This document shows positions 18,843 through 27,424 of a stretch of DNA of 63,235 bases, in pieces; the stretch's first letter is position 1, and each line of letters opens with the position of its first letter. Made by a program: the position numbers and the translations under genes. Where the stretch lies: positions 1-63,235 of the forward strand of contig CAZPWA010000002.1 of NCBI GenBank assembly GCA_964590665.1, given 5' to 3'. This DNA comes from Candidatus Micrarchaeota archaeon (GTDB taxonomy: Archaea > Micrarchaeota > Micrarchaeia > Anstonellales > Bilamarchaeaceae). The notes beneath the pieces are model-generated. The model saw only the letters and a list, made by a program, of their open reading frames with translations. It was not told where the DNA came from and searched no databases.

Positions 18843-20003
18843 ATGATATTTGCATTTTTGATCTCTTTAGTGGCACTTGGGCTCTTTGCTCTTATTTTGA
18901 ATTTGAATGTTCCTGGAACCTGGAAATTTGGTCTAGCTGTTCTTGAAATGTATCTTGTTTCAAAAGTCTTTTCAAAAAAATATAATTTCCAAACTGAAAT
19001 GGGGATGATTCTTCTTCGAAGTAAAAAAGGCCTTGAAATTATTGATAAAATTGCACAAAAAGGGGAATCAATTTTCAATTTCTTTGCTGATACTGGTGGA
19101 TCAATCGGTTATGGCCTTTTGAGTTTGGTATTTTTCAAAAAAACCACAAATTGGAAAACCTTGATTGTTGGAATTGCCGTTTTGGCTGTTTTGGTCCTCT
19201 TTATTGCTCCAAATGCCCTTTACTTTTTGGTGAATGTTGTTAAAGTTCAGACGATGGATAAAACTTCAAATATCGGTGCAAATACTGACGGTTCTCTTAG
19301 TCTTTTTGGAATTTTGAGCATGGCTGCTCTTGTTATTGGAGGTCTTTTCTTATTTATTGTAATTAGTATGCTTTACTACTCATTCATCGTCTTTAATGCA
19401 ATTTATTCAACAGTTGCTCACGGAACTAATGCAATTGCAACTACTGCTCCAGGTGGATCATTTTTGCTTCCCGGAGTCAATCTTCCTTTTGTTGAAGGAA
19501 TTCTTGCTTTGGCCATTGTTTTAATTGTTCATGAAGGCGCTCATGCAGTTTTAGCTAGAATTGGAAAAATCCCTGTTTTATCTTCAGGTTTGGTCCTCTT
19601 TGGTGTTTTACCTGTAGGTGCTTTTGTTGAACCGGATGAAGCAGAATTAAATAAATCTGATGATGTTAAGCAAACTCGTGTTCTTATTGCCGGTTCAACT
19701 TCCAATCTATATACGAGTCTTATTTTCTTTTTGCTCTTTATTGGTTTTGTTTACTTCCTTAATTCAGTAAATGTTATTGGAACAATTTTCCAAGCTCCTG
19801 CTAAGTTTATCTATATCCTTCTTGGATTAACCTTTTCGCTAAATTTCATTGTAGGTACGGTAAATTTGCTCCCTGTTCCTCTTTTTGATGGACACCGGAT
19901 TTTAGATGTGAATTTGAAGAATAAGTTGATTGTCAAAATTCTCTCTTATGCAACTTTGGCGGCATTTATTGCAAACTTCTTACCGTGGTTGTTTAAGCCT
20001 TAA
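18843..20003 (+). CDS. site-2 protease family (M50) intramembrane metalloprotease
   Basis: HExxH within a TM helix (VHEGAHAVLAR) and the second motif NLLPVPLFDGHRIL. Polytopic. Confidence 0.85.
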   Translation: MIFAFLISLVALGLFALILNLNVPGTWKFGLAVLEMYLVSKVFSKKYNFQTEMGMILLRSKKGLEIIDKIAQKGESIFNFFADTGGSIGYGLLSLVFFKKTTNWKTLIVGIAVLAVLVLFIAPNALYFLVNVVKVQTMDKTSNIGANTDGSLSLFGILSMAALVIGGLFLFIVISMLYYSFIVFNAIYSTVAHGTNAIATTAPGGSFLLPGVNLPFVEGILALAIVLIVHEGAHAVLARIGKIPVLSSGLVLFGVLPVGAFVEPDEAELNKSDDVKQTRVLIAGSTSNLYTSLIFFLLFIGFVYFLNSVNVIGTIFQAPAKFIYILLGLTFSLNFIVGTVNLLPVPLFDGHRILDVNLKNKLIVKILSYATLAAFIANFLPWLFKP

Positions 20004-21766
20004 TTTCTTTTCAATTTATTCACTTTCTTCTTTTTTGCTTTAAACAATCCTAAAAGTTCGTTGAAAAAGTATTTTTTGATTTTTCTCTTTTTATCCGATT
20101 TTCCTTTGTTTTCTTGAATTCTTTGCTTGGTTTTTTGGGTTTCCCTTCTTTCTCTGGTTATTGGTTTTTGTTTTATTTTTTCTCCAAGAACTTGATTAAC
20201 TGGGCGTTTTTGATCATTACTTTTCTTTATTTTATCTTTACTTGTTTCCTTTTCCGTAAGTTTTACTTTGATTTTCTCAATTTTACTAACCTGCATTTTT
20301 TGTTTTTTGATTTTTTCTGCTTTAATTTCTGTTTTTTCTGTAATTTCTTTTTTCTCCTCATTGTTTCTAATTTTTTTTGCTTTAATGATTTTGACCTTAT
20401 CAATTTCATTAATTTTATTTTTGGTTGATTCTCTCTCTTTTTGTTTGTTGACTTTTTCTTCTTTTTTGGGAGTATTTATTTTTCCCAAATTGTGTATCTT
20501 GAGCTTTCCTTTCTTTTCTTTGGGTTTTGTTTCTACTTCCGGTGCTTTAGATGTATGGTTGAATTTTATCAAAACTTGTTTTGCTCTGATTTGCTCTCTC
20601 TCTCTTGGAGTTGTTCTTTCTCCATCTGTCATAAGTGTTTCTGATTTATCCAATTCTTCCTTATGGAGCATCTCTTGTTTATGTGCTATATTTTTTATTT
20701 TTTGAACCGTTTGTTCCCTTGAAATTTCTGGATCATCTTCCTTTGTCCTTCTCCCAGTTTCTATTTTTGTGTGTGCCAATTCGTATTTATCTAAAACCCG
20801 TGGATTTGGAATGTTTTCTTCTTGTTTTTCTGCTTTGTATCGAGGCTCTCTAATGATCTTGATGCGATCTAAACCGTTTTCTCTAACTATTTCTACTCTG
20901 TATTCTGCGTTGTCGTTTGCAACTTTTAATCCGCCAAATTCTATTGTAGTTGCTCTCTCTTCTATCTGTCTTCTTTCGTTATTTGCATCTTTGGATAAAC
21001 TTGTAATATTTTGGGGATTTTGAATTAGGGGTAGACTAACTAACTCTAAATCTCCAAATCTTTCTTGTGTGTTGAGCGTTTGAGATATTTGTGTGACTGG
21101 TTGCAAAACTATTTTTTCTTCTCTTATTGGCTGCACTCTTTTTTCGCTATTTATCTCTGCAACACTCATTATTTCTCCGGTTTTAGGATCTATTGCAACC
21201 ATGTTGTCGCTGTTTGCTTCAATTGCATATGTTCTTGTTTCTCCATGTGCGCAAGCAATTTTCTCTCTGTTTTGCTGCCCCTTCATAATTTCCTGTGCTC
21301 CTGGACTTATCGCGACTCCTCCTTGGTAGAGGTTGCTCATTTGCTCTATTGTTGTTGGATTAACCTGAAAATTTACTCTGCTAAAACTAAATTCGGTTGC
21401 ATTTCCATCTATTGTAATTTCTGAAGCATTTGGAAATTCAATCCCATTTCCATTACTTACCATTGGGATACAGTTTTTCATGAAAAAGTGGATGTCTTTA
21501 TCTAGCACTGTGTTTCCAATTCTTATTCTTTCTATTTGTGATGCATTAAATTCCGGATAATATTTTTTCTCAACAATTCCGCCTCTGCTTTCAATTGCCC
21601 TTTGAAAAACCTCATCAAGTTTTTCTCCAACTCTTGCAACGGTATAAATTGTTGTATTTTCGATGTTAAATTTTATTATCATTCGATCTGCAGCATATGC
21701 AAGAAACGCATTGGTTTTTCGAATGAGTGCTTCGCTTTTTGGAGCGTAAGCTAGTGTGTGGTTCAT
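20000..21766 (-). CDS. hypothetical protein with a ~250-aa Lys/Glu-rich C-terminal tail
   Basis: 588-aa ORF. The N-terminal ~330 aa look globular with no recognised motif. The C-terminus is a continuous K/E/I/N low-complexity tract, encoded by a purine-rich coding strand over 20000-20750. Confidence 0.6.
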   Translation of the reverse strand: MNHTLAYAPKSEALIRKTNAFLAYAADRMIIKFNIENTTIYTVARVGEKLDEVFQRAIESRGGIVEKKYYPEFNASQIERIRIGNTVLDKDIHFFMKNCIPMVSNGNGIEFPNASEITIDGNATEFSFSRVNFQVNPTTIEQMSNLYQGGVAISPGAQEIMKGQQNREKIACAHGETRTYAIEANSDNMVAIDPKTGEIMSVAEINSEKRVQPIREEKIVLQPVTQISQTLNTQERFGDLELVSLPLIQNPQNITSLSKDANNERRQIEERATTIEFGGLKVANDNAEYRVEIVRENGLDRIKIIREPRYKAEKQEENIPNPRVLDKYELAHTKIETGRRTKEDDPEISREQTVQKIKNIAHKQEMLHKEELDKSETLMTDGERTTPREREQIRAKQVLIKFNHTSKAPEVETKPKEKKGKLKIHNLGKINTPKKEEKVNKQKERESTKNKINEIDKVKIIKAKKIRNNEEKKEITEKTEIKAEKIKKQKMQVSKIEKIKVKLTEKETSKDKIKKSNDQKRPVNQVLGEKIKQKPITRERRETQKTKQRIQENKGKSDKKRKIKKYFFNELLGLFKAKKKKVNKLKRN

Positions 21767-21841
21767 TATTTCTCCCGCAGGGGTTTAATTCGTGCTTTTC
21801 TTTTATATTCTTTTGCGCTGCTTCTCTAAAAAATTAAAAAA

Positions 21842-24070
21842 TTATTTTGATTTTTCTTTAATTTCTTTGTGCAATTTTTGGATAAATTCTTCTACTTTGA
21901 CTCCTTTAATTTCAGTTCCGCTTCTGTCTCTAACTGAAATTATTTTGTCCTTTTCCTCATTCGCACCAATTATTATCATATATGGGACCTTTAGTGATTG
22001 ATAATCTCTGATTTTTGCCCCAATTGTTCCTGTTTTGGTTTCAATTTCAACTCTAAATCCTTCTCTTTTTAGTGCTGCATAGACTTCTTTCCCATATTCC
22101 ATCTGATTGTCTGAAATTGTCAAAACCGCAACTTGAAGGGGAGCCATCCAAAGAGGGAATTTTCCTTCAAAATGCTCAACTAAAATTGCAAAGAATCTTT
22201 CAATTGAACCTGCCGCAACAGAGTGCAAAATAACTGGATTTTTTTGAGTTGAATCTTTATCTTCATAAGTTACTTTGAACCTTTGAGGCATTTGGAAATC
22301 CAATTGCTGCGTTGCGCACTGCCAGCTTCTTCCAAGAGAATCTTTAATATGGAAGTCTATTTTTGGGCCATAGAAAGCGCCATCTCCTTCATTAATTTTG
22401 AATTTCTTTCCAAGTTTTTCAAGTGCTTTTCTAAGTGCATTTTCTGCAACATCCCACTGCTCATCACTACCCATTCTTTTTGGAGGTCTTGTTGAAAGTT
22501 CAAGTGAATATTCAAACCCAAAAGCGCTGTAAAATTCGTCAATGTATCTAAGTCTTCTTTCAACTTCTTCTTCAACTTGCTCCATTGTACAATATACGTG
22601 CAAATCATCCTGTGTAAATGCACGAACTCTAAATAATCCGGATAAAACTCCAGAGTATTCGTGTCTGTGAACCAAACCAAATTCTGCAAGTCTTAATGGA
22701 AGTTCCCGATAAGATCTTCTTGAATTTTTAAATACTTTAATTGAGCCTGGGCAATTCATTGGTTTAAGTCCGTTTAATTTGCCATCAATTGTTGTAAAGT
22801 ACATATTCTCTTTATAGTGATCCCAATGGCCAGATTCCTTCCACATTTGGGCATCTACAACTATTGGAGTTTTGATTTCAACTATCTCATATTTGTTATT
22901 CAAATTCCGCAAATATCCTTCGATTTCATTTCTAATTATCATTCCTTTTGGGTGGAAAAACGGCATTCCTGGTGCAACCTGCTGTATAGAAAATAAATCT
23001 AGGGCAGTTCCTAATTTTCTATGATCTCGGTCCTTTGCCTTTTCCCTCATTACTAAAAAGTTTTGAAGTTGCTCTTCACTTGGGAATGAAAAACCGTAGA
23101 TTCTTTGAAGTTGTGCTTTTGATGAATCATTTAACCAATATGCACCGCTAACCCAACTCAAATCGATTGCCGTTAGTTTGGCTAAATTGTCCAATGGCGA
23201 AATGTAACTTGGAATGCAAACTTCTCCCGCGCAAATTACATTCAAGTATGCCCCCTCTGGGGTTTGATTTGCCAAGTCCAAAAGATATGGTTCATTCTTT
23301 TTTGAAAATAATTCCTGAGCTTCCTTCTTTTTCAAAAGTTTTTGGGTGATTTTTTCATCTTTTATTGCCTTTTTCATTTGCTCTAGCATTTGTGGAAGTT
23401 CTTTTGGGGAAATTGCTCGTCCAAAATCAATATCCATTGAAAATCCATCTTCAGTTAATTGCCCAAGTCCAAGTTTTGCATTTGGGTGATTCATTTTTGC
23501 AGCAACTGCAAATGCCAAAGCAGCTGTTATTCGGTATGCATTTTTATCCTGAGCAAAGCTGATTGTTCTTGCTTCTTCAAGCATTACACTATATAGTACT
23601 TCATTTAGTGTGTGAGCATCTCCGCTTTTTGGCTTGTGTCCGCCTTCAACAAATCCTCCAATCTGTCTTGAAAGTTCTGATAATGGGTGTCCTTTTGATT
23701 TAATGTTAAATGCCTTATACCATCCAAATGGAGAGTGATCGCAGACAAATCCTTTTTCATTTAATTTGCTTTGAGTTTTTAGTAAAACTTCCTGTGCTAC
23801 TTTTGGCGAACTTGGATTCGATGTTAAGTGGACCCAAGGGTGCAAAAGAATATTTTTACATTTAAGTTGGTCGCTAACTCCAACTATTTCCTTAATTAGT
23901 TTTTCGCAGACTTCTTCGACATTTTCATCTCCCTTTTCAACTGCGCTAAAGACAACCAATACTTCATCGTATCTTTTTGGATACGTTCCATTTAGTACTT
24001 CTGGTTCCTTAATTGCCTGTTTTTTGACATCTACTTCAATAAAGTCTGCATGCACTGTTAAAATTCTCAT
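21842..24070 (-). CDS. thrS: threonyl-tRNA synthetase with an archaeal N-terminal editing domain plus an N2-like domain
   Basis: MRILTVHADFIEV...HPWVHLTS...KGHPLSELSR is the archaeal ThrRS editing domain. An N2-like segment follows (KLGLGQLTEDGFSMDIDF...GAYWLNDSSKAQLQRIYG). The class II core is RDHRKLG, FRVRAFTQDD and GPKIDF. An anticodon-binding domain closes the protein. Confidence 0.95.
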   Translation of the reverse strand: MRILTVHADFIEVDVKKQAIKEPEVLNGTYPKRYDEVLVVFSAVEKGDENVEEVCEKLIKEIVGVSDQLKCKNILLHPWVHLTSNPSSPKVAQEVLLKTQSKLNEKGFVCDHSPFGWYKAFNIKSKGHPLSELSRQIGGFVEGGHKPKSGDAHTLNEVLYSVMLEEARTISFAQDKNAYRITAALAFAVAAKMNHPNAKLGLGQLTEDGFSMDIDFGRAISPKELPQMLEQMKKAIKDEKITQKLLKKKEAQELFSKKNEPYLLDLANQTPEGAYLNVICAGEVCIPSYISPLDNLAKLTAIDLSWVSGAYWLNDSSKAQLQRIYGFSFPSEEQLQNFLVMREKAKDRDHRKLGTALDLFSIQQVAPGMPFFHPKGMIIRNEIEGYLRNLNNKYEIVEIKTPIVVDAQMWKESGHWDHYKENMYFTTIDGKLNGLKPMNCPGSIKVFKNSRRSYRELPLRLAEFGLVHRHEYSGVLSGLFRVRAFTQDDLHVYCTMEQVEEEVERRLRYIDEFYSAFGFEYSLELSTRPPKRMGSDEQWDVAENALRKALEKLGKKFKINEGDGAFYGPKIDFHIKDSLGRSWQCATQQLDFQMPQRFKVTYEDKDSTQKNPVILHSVAAGSIERFFAILVEHFEGKFPLWMAPLQVAVLTISDNQMEYGKEVYAALKREGFRVEIETKTGTIGAKIRDYQSLKVPYMIIIGANEEKDKIISVRDRSGTEIKGVKVEEFIQKLHKEIKEKSK

Positions 24071-24173
24071 AATAAATACCTCTTTTGGAAAATCATTTTG
24101 TCAATTCTAATACTCATAATTAAATTTAGCCCTAGTTTTAAATCTTCTTTTAATTCTTCGGCGTATCTTTCAC

Positions 24174-24941
24174 TCATTTTACCACCTGCTCAAAATGACT
24201 TGGAATGCCATTTTCATATATTAGTTTGGCACCTTCAGTGATCGCCTGTATCTTTTTGACTAGTTTCCACCCTTGGCTTGTTTTTAGTGCAACATTGTGC
24301 CAAGGAGCGTTGCAAAAAGGACTCTCTGGAATTAGATTAACCCAAAATCTTTCTGCTTCTATTGGGCTTTTATGTATGCTTAAGCGAATCGAGCCTTCAA
24401 AATTTTCCTCCAGATACTTTGAATATGCCCTATTTCTTGCAATCATCCTCAGGGCTATTTCTTTTGCCCTTCGCTCTCTTGCTCTTGAGCTTAGATTCCC
24501 TTCATCCAAATCATCAAACCAGAATCTGGATAATTCTGCATATTGCTTTGTTGTGTTCTGATTTTCATCTATTTCTCTTCTTATTTCGTTTTGTGTTTGA
24601 GAATATTTTTCATCAAGCAAAATCTGAATTTTTTCGCCTTTACCCTTATCCTCAAAAAAATCAAACCATTCTATCCTTTTTGGTTTGTGATCATAGTTTT
24701 CAACTATTTTTTGAGAATATACAATGACTTTTTCACTCTCTATCTCAACTATATCTGAATAAGTAAACCCATCCAGGGCAATAATTAGTCTTATTCTTGC
24801 ATTTTCAATTTTCACAATCTCTTCTTCTAGTCTGGCAAGATTTTCAAGTGCTAATTCTTCTGCCTTATCAGGAAGATCTCCGAGAACTTTTTTCACTTTG
24901 TTTTTTGATTTAAATGGGAATGCAGGTAGTACAAACACCAC
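24174..24941 (-). CDS. isonitrile synthase-like protein (PvcA/DIT1 family); true start probably ATG at 25098 with a frame change
   Basis: VFVLPAFPFKSKNKVKKVLGDLPDKAEELAL and IRLSIHKS...APWHNVAL match my recollection of the DIT1_PvcA family signature. The frame is open upstream to 25079 with no canonical start. Confidence 0.55.
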   Translation of the reverse strand: MVFVLPAFPFKSKNKVKKVLGDLPDKAEELALENLARLEEEIVKIENARIRLIIALDGFTYSDIVEIESEKVIVYSQKIVENYDHKPKRIEWFDFFEDKGKGEKIQILLDEKYSQTQNEIRREIDENQNTTKQYAELSRFWFDDLDEGNLSSRARERRAKEIALRMIARNRAYSKYLEENFEGSIRLSIHKSPIEAERFWVNLIPESPFCNAPWHNVALKTSQGWKLVKKIQAITEGAKLIYENGIPSHFEQVVK

Positions 24942-25258
24942 TTCATTTCTTTGCTCTATTTGAGTCTGTATTCTTCTAATTAGTTTTTCCTTTTCTATCT
25001 GCTCCTCAATCGGATCCTTTCTTTTTACTCTTATTCTATCTAGTTTTGAAAAAATTTCATTCGCCTTTTTGCCTGGTTTCTAAACACCCTTTATACATTT
25101 TTCCACCTCGAAAATGGGAAACTATTCAAACTAACTGTTAGTCACTTTTTTATCAAAACTTTGTGGGACTAACTAAATAGAATTAGTTTGTTTTAGTTGT
25201 TAATCCCAATTTCATAATTTATTTTGGAATTTTATTTCTATATAAAGTTATGTAACAA

Positions 25259-25768
25259 CTATTGACTGTTTCTGTTTTTCTTTATAAGTTCAAATGCTTT
25301 GTTGTCTTTGTGGATTTTTACATAGTTTTTTATAAATGCTAAAAAGAGGATTGGTTTTTCAATAACATGCCGGTCTCCATTTCTTCTTATCATAAATCCA
25401 AGTCTCAAAAAGAGCATTTCATCCTTTTGATTCAATTTATTTAGAAACACTACTCCTTTTTCATCTATTCCACCCGTTGCATCAAAAAGGCCAGCCAAAT
25501 AATTTGCTGCGTATTCATTTAGGTATTTGAATCTCTCCAGCTGGTCTTCTTCAATTTCCTGGAAAAATTTCCTATATGCAGTGTGATAAAAATAAATCCT
25601 ATCTTCATTGACTAGAAGTTTTTCTGAAGTTGTTAATTGTTTTTGGAGTACTTCTTCGCTAAAAATTTGATGTAAATCTTCTCCTTTTACTCCAATTCCT
25701 TCGAATGTTTTCCTTTTTCGCCAAAACCCAATCAAGTATGATAGTTCTGGGGTTAATTTAATTTTCAT
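25259..25768 (-). CDS. free-standing LAGLIDADG-motif protein (homing-endonuclease-like)
   Basis: YLAGLFDATGGI is a good LAGLIDADG motif. A weaker first copy sits near the N-terminus (LSYLIGFWRKRKT). Size 169 aa. Confidence 0.45.
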   Translation of the reverse strand: MKIKLTPELSYLIGFWRKRKTFEGIGVKGEDLHQIFSEEVLQKQLTTSEKLLVNEDRIYFYHTAYRKFFQEIEEDQLERFKYLNEYAANYLAGLFDATGGIDEKGVVFLNKLNQKDEMLFLRLGFMIRRNGDRHVIEKPILFLAFIKNYVKIHKDNKAFELIKKNRNSQ

Positions 25769-25844
25769 TAATTTAGACCTCGGTGTGAACTTATTTCTTA
25801 TCTTAACAAAGGAATTTAAATAAATCTTTTTTCGCCTAAATTAA

Positions 25845-26390
25845 TCACAACTTCATTTTTTTCCTTTCCTGGGGAATTTCAGGTTCAACTATTTCTCTAT
25901 TCCTCTTTGCTCTGCTAGGTATTGCAACGTCTATTCCCCTGCTGCCTTCTATAAACTCGTTAATTTCTTCTGCGATCAATTCGTCAACTTGGCTTGAAAA
26001 CCATCTTGCTGTTTTTGCTGAAATATATGATCTTTTGAAAATATCTGATAATTCCTTTTGTTCACTTGCAGTGAAGGCTTTGGTCGCTCCATTTTGAACT
26101 CGATCTTCCGCAAGGTGCAAAATCTCTCCAAATCTTATTATGTCCTTTCTTCCTGCCCCTCCTTCACTGAGGGCAGCAAGTATTCCTTTTGACAAAACTG
26201 TATTTCTTTTGCCTGTTTTTGTTAAAAGGTTCTCAAGCTTTCTCAATTCGAGGTTACTTAAGCCTCCTCGTTTTGCAGCATCCAAAACCCTTGATGCGAA
26301 ATTTAGAAAGGATCCTCCAAATACCATAATCTTCTCTTCTCTTACTAGGAGAAACTTAATAAATCCTAGATATTCCCCTGGATTTTTCAT
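25845..26390 (-). CDS. hypothetical protein
   Basis: 181-aa ORF with no motif recognised. The start is uncertain because of an internal Met at residue 22. Confidence 0.45.
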   Translation of the reverse strand: MKNPGEYLGFIKFLLVREEKIMVFGGSFLNFASRVLDAAKRGGLSNLELRKLENLLTKTGKRNTVLSKGILAALSEGGAGRKDIIRFGEILHLAEDRVQNGATKAFTASEQKELSDIFKRSYISAKTARWFSSQVDELIAEEINEFIEGSRGIDVAIPSRAKRNREIVEPEIPQERKKMKL

Positions 26391-26434
26391 TTTTTAAACA
26401 ACCATTTAAATCCCTCTTAGATTAATTATTCTAC

Positions 26435-27424
26435 ATGAAGTACTCCATCAACGTTTCTCATGTTAAAAAAATCCAAGATTCTATTTGGGATAAAATAAAA
26501 GGAACCTTCAATTTCCGAAAAGGAGTTGGTGAGCCTCTTCCTGTTTTTGGTCATTATGGCGGACTCTTTAAGTGTGGAAATGAAACTCTTGTTATGCACA
26601 CTGACGGAGTTGGAACAAAGCTTCTTGTTGCCCAAGCTCTAAATAAATTCGATAGTGTTGGAATCGATGCAGTTGCAATGAGTGTAAATGATATTCTTTG
26701 CGTTGGAGCTGAACCCTTAGTTGGTCTTGATTATATTGCCCTTGCAAAAGAAGATGATGTGTTAGTTGAGCAAATTATGGAAGGTTTGGTTGATGGTGCA
26801 ACTCAATCTCGTTGTGCAATTATCGGAGGCGAAACTGCAATTATTCCTGAATTAATTCACGGTGGAGAAAAACCATTCGACTTAACATTCACTGTTGTTG
26901 GGAGAATAAAAAAACAAATCTTAGGGGACAAAGTCGTTTCTGGAGATGTTATTGTTGGTTTAGAAAGTTCTGGAATCCACTCAAATGGATACACCCTTGC
27001 AAGAAAGGTTTTGGATATTAAAAAATGGGGAAACGAAATGCTTATTCCAACAAAAATCTATTGTGCCCCTGTTCTTGAAATGATTGATTTATGCGAAATT
27101 CATGGGTTGGCTCACATAACTGGCGGAGCCTTTTCCAAAATTACAAGATTAAACAAGAATGTTGGTTTTGTATTTGATTCTCTTCCAAAATTAACTCCAA
27201 TTTTCCAGGCATTAAGTGATGCAATTGGAGATCAAAGGCAGCTTTACACTACTTTCAATATGGGAGTGGGTATGGCAATTGTTGTTCCTGAAAAAGAAGC
27301 TTCGAAAATTATCTCAATTGCAAAAAAGCACAATCTCAAGGCTCAAATTATTGGCCATGTAACTGATAAAAAAGGAGTTTATTTAAGAAATTCAAAAAAT
27401 GAGGAAATTGATCTTTCCCTTTAA
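26435..27424 (+). CDS. purM: phosphoribosylformylglycinamidine cyclo-ligase (AIR synthase)
   Basis: MHTDGVGTKLLVAQ, GIDAVAMSVNDILCVGAEPL, IIGGETA and SSGIHSNGYTLARK. Confidence 0.9.
   Translation: MKYSINVSHVKKIQDSIWDKIKGTFNFRKGVGEPLPVFGHYGGLFKCGNETLVMHTDGVGTKLLVAQALNKFDSVGIDAVAMSVNDILCVGAEPLVGLDYIALAKEDDVLVEQIMEGLVDGATQSRCAIIGGETAIIPELIHGGEKPFDLTFTVVGRIKKQILGDKVVSGDVIVGLESSGIHSNGYTLARKVLDIKKWGNEMLIPTKIYCAPVLEMIDLCEIHGLAHITGGAFSKITRLNKNVGFVFDSLPKLTPIFQALSDAIGDQRQLYTTFNMGVGMAIVVPEKEASKIISIAKKHNLKAQIIGHVTDKKGVYLRNSKNEEIDLSL

Noticed and set aside
20114-21424. Several 67-145-aa plus-strand ORFs (20114, 20268, 20441, 20635, 20769, 21065, 21093)
   Set aside because: All are Phe/Leu/Ser/Cys-rich antisense readings of the purine-rich coding strand of the 588-aa minus-strand gene. 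They mutually overlap in different frames.
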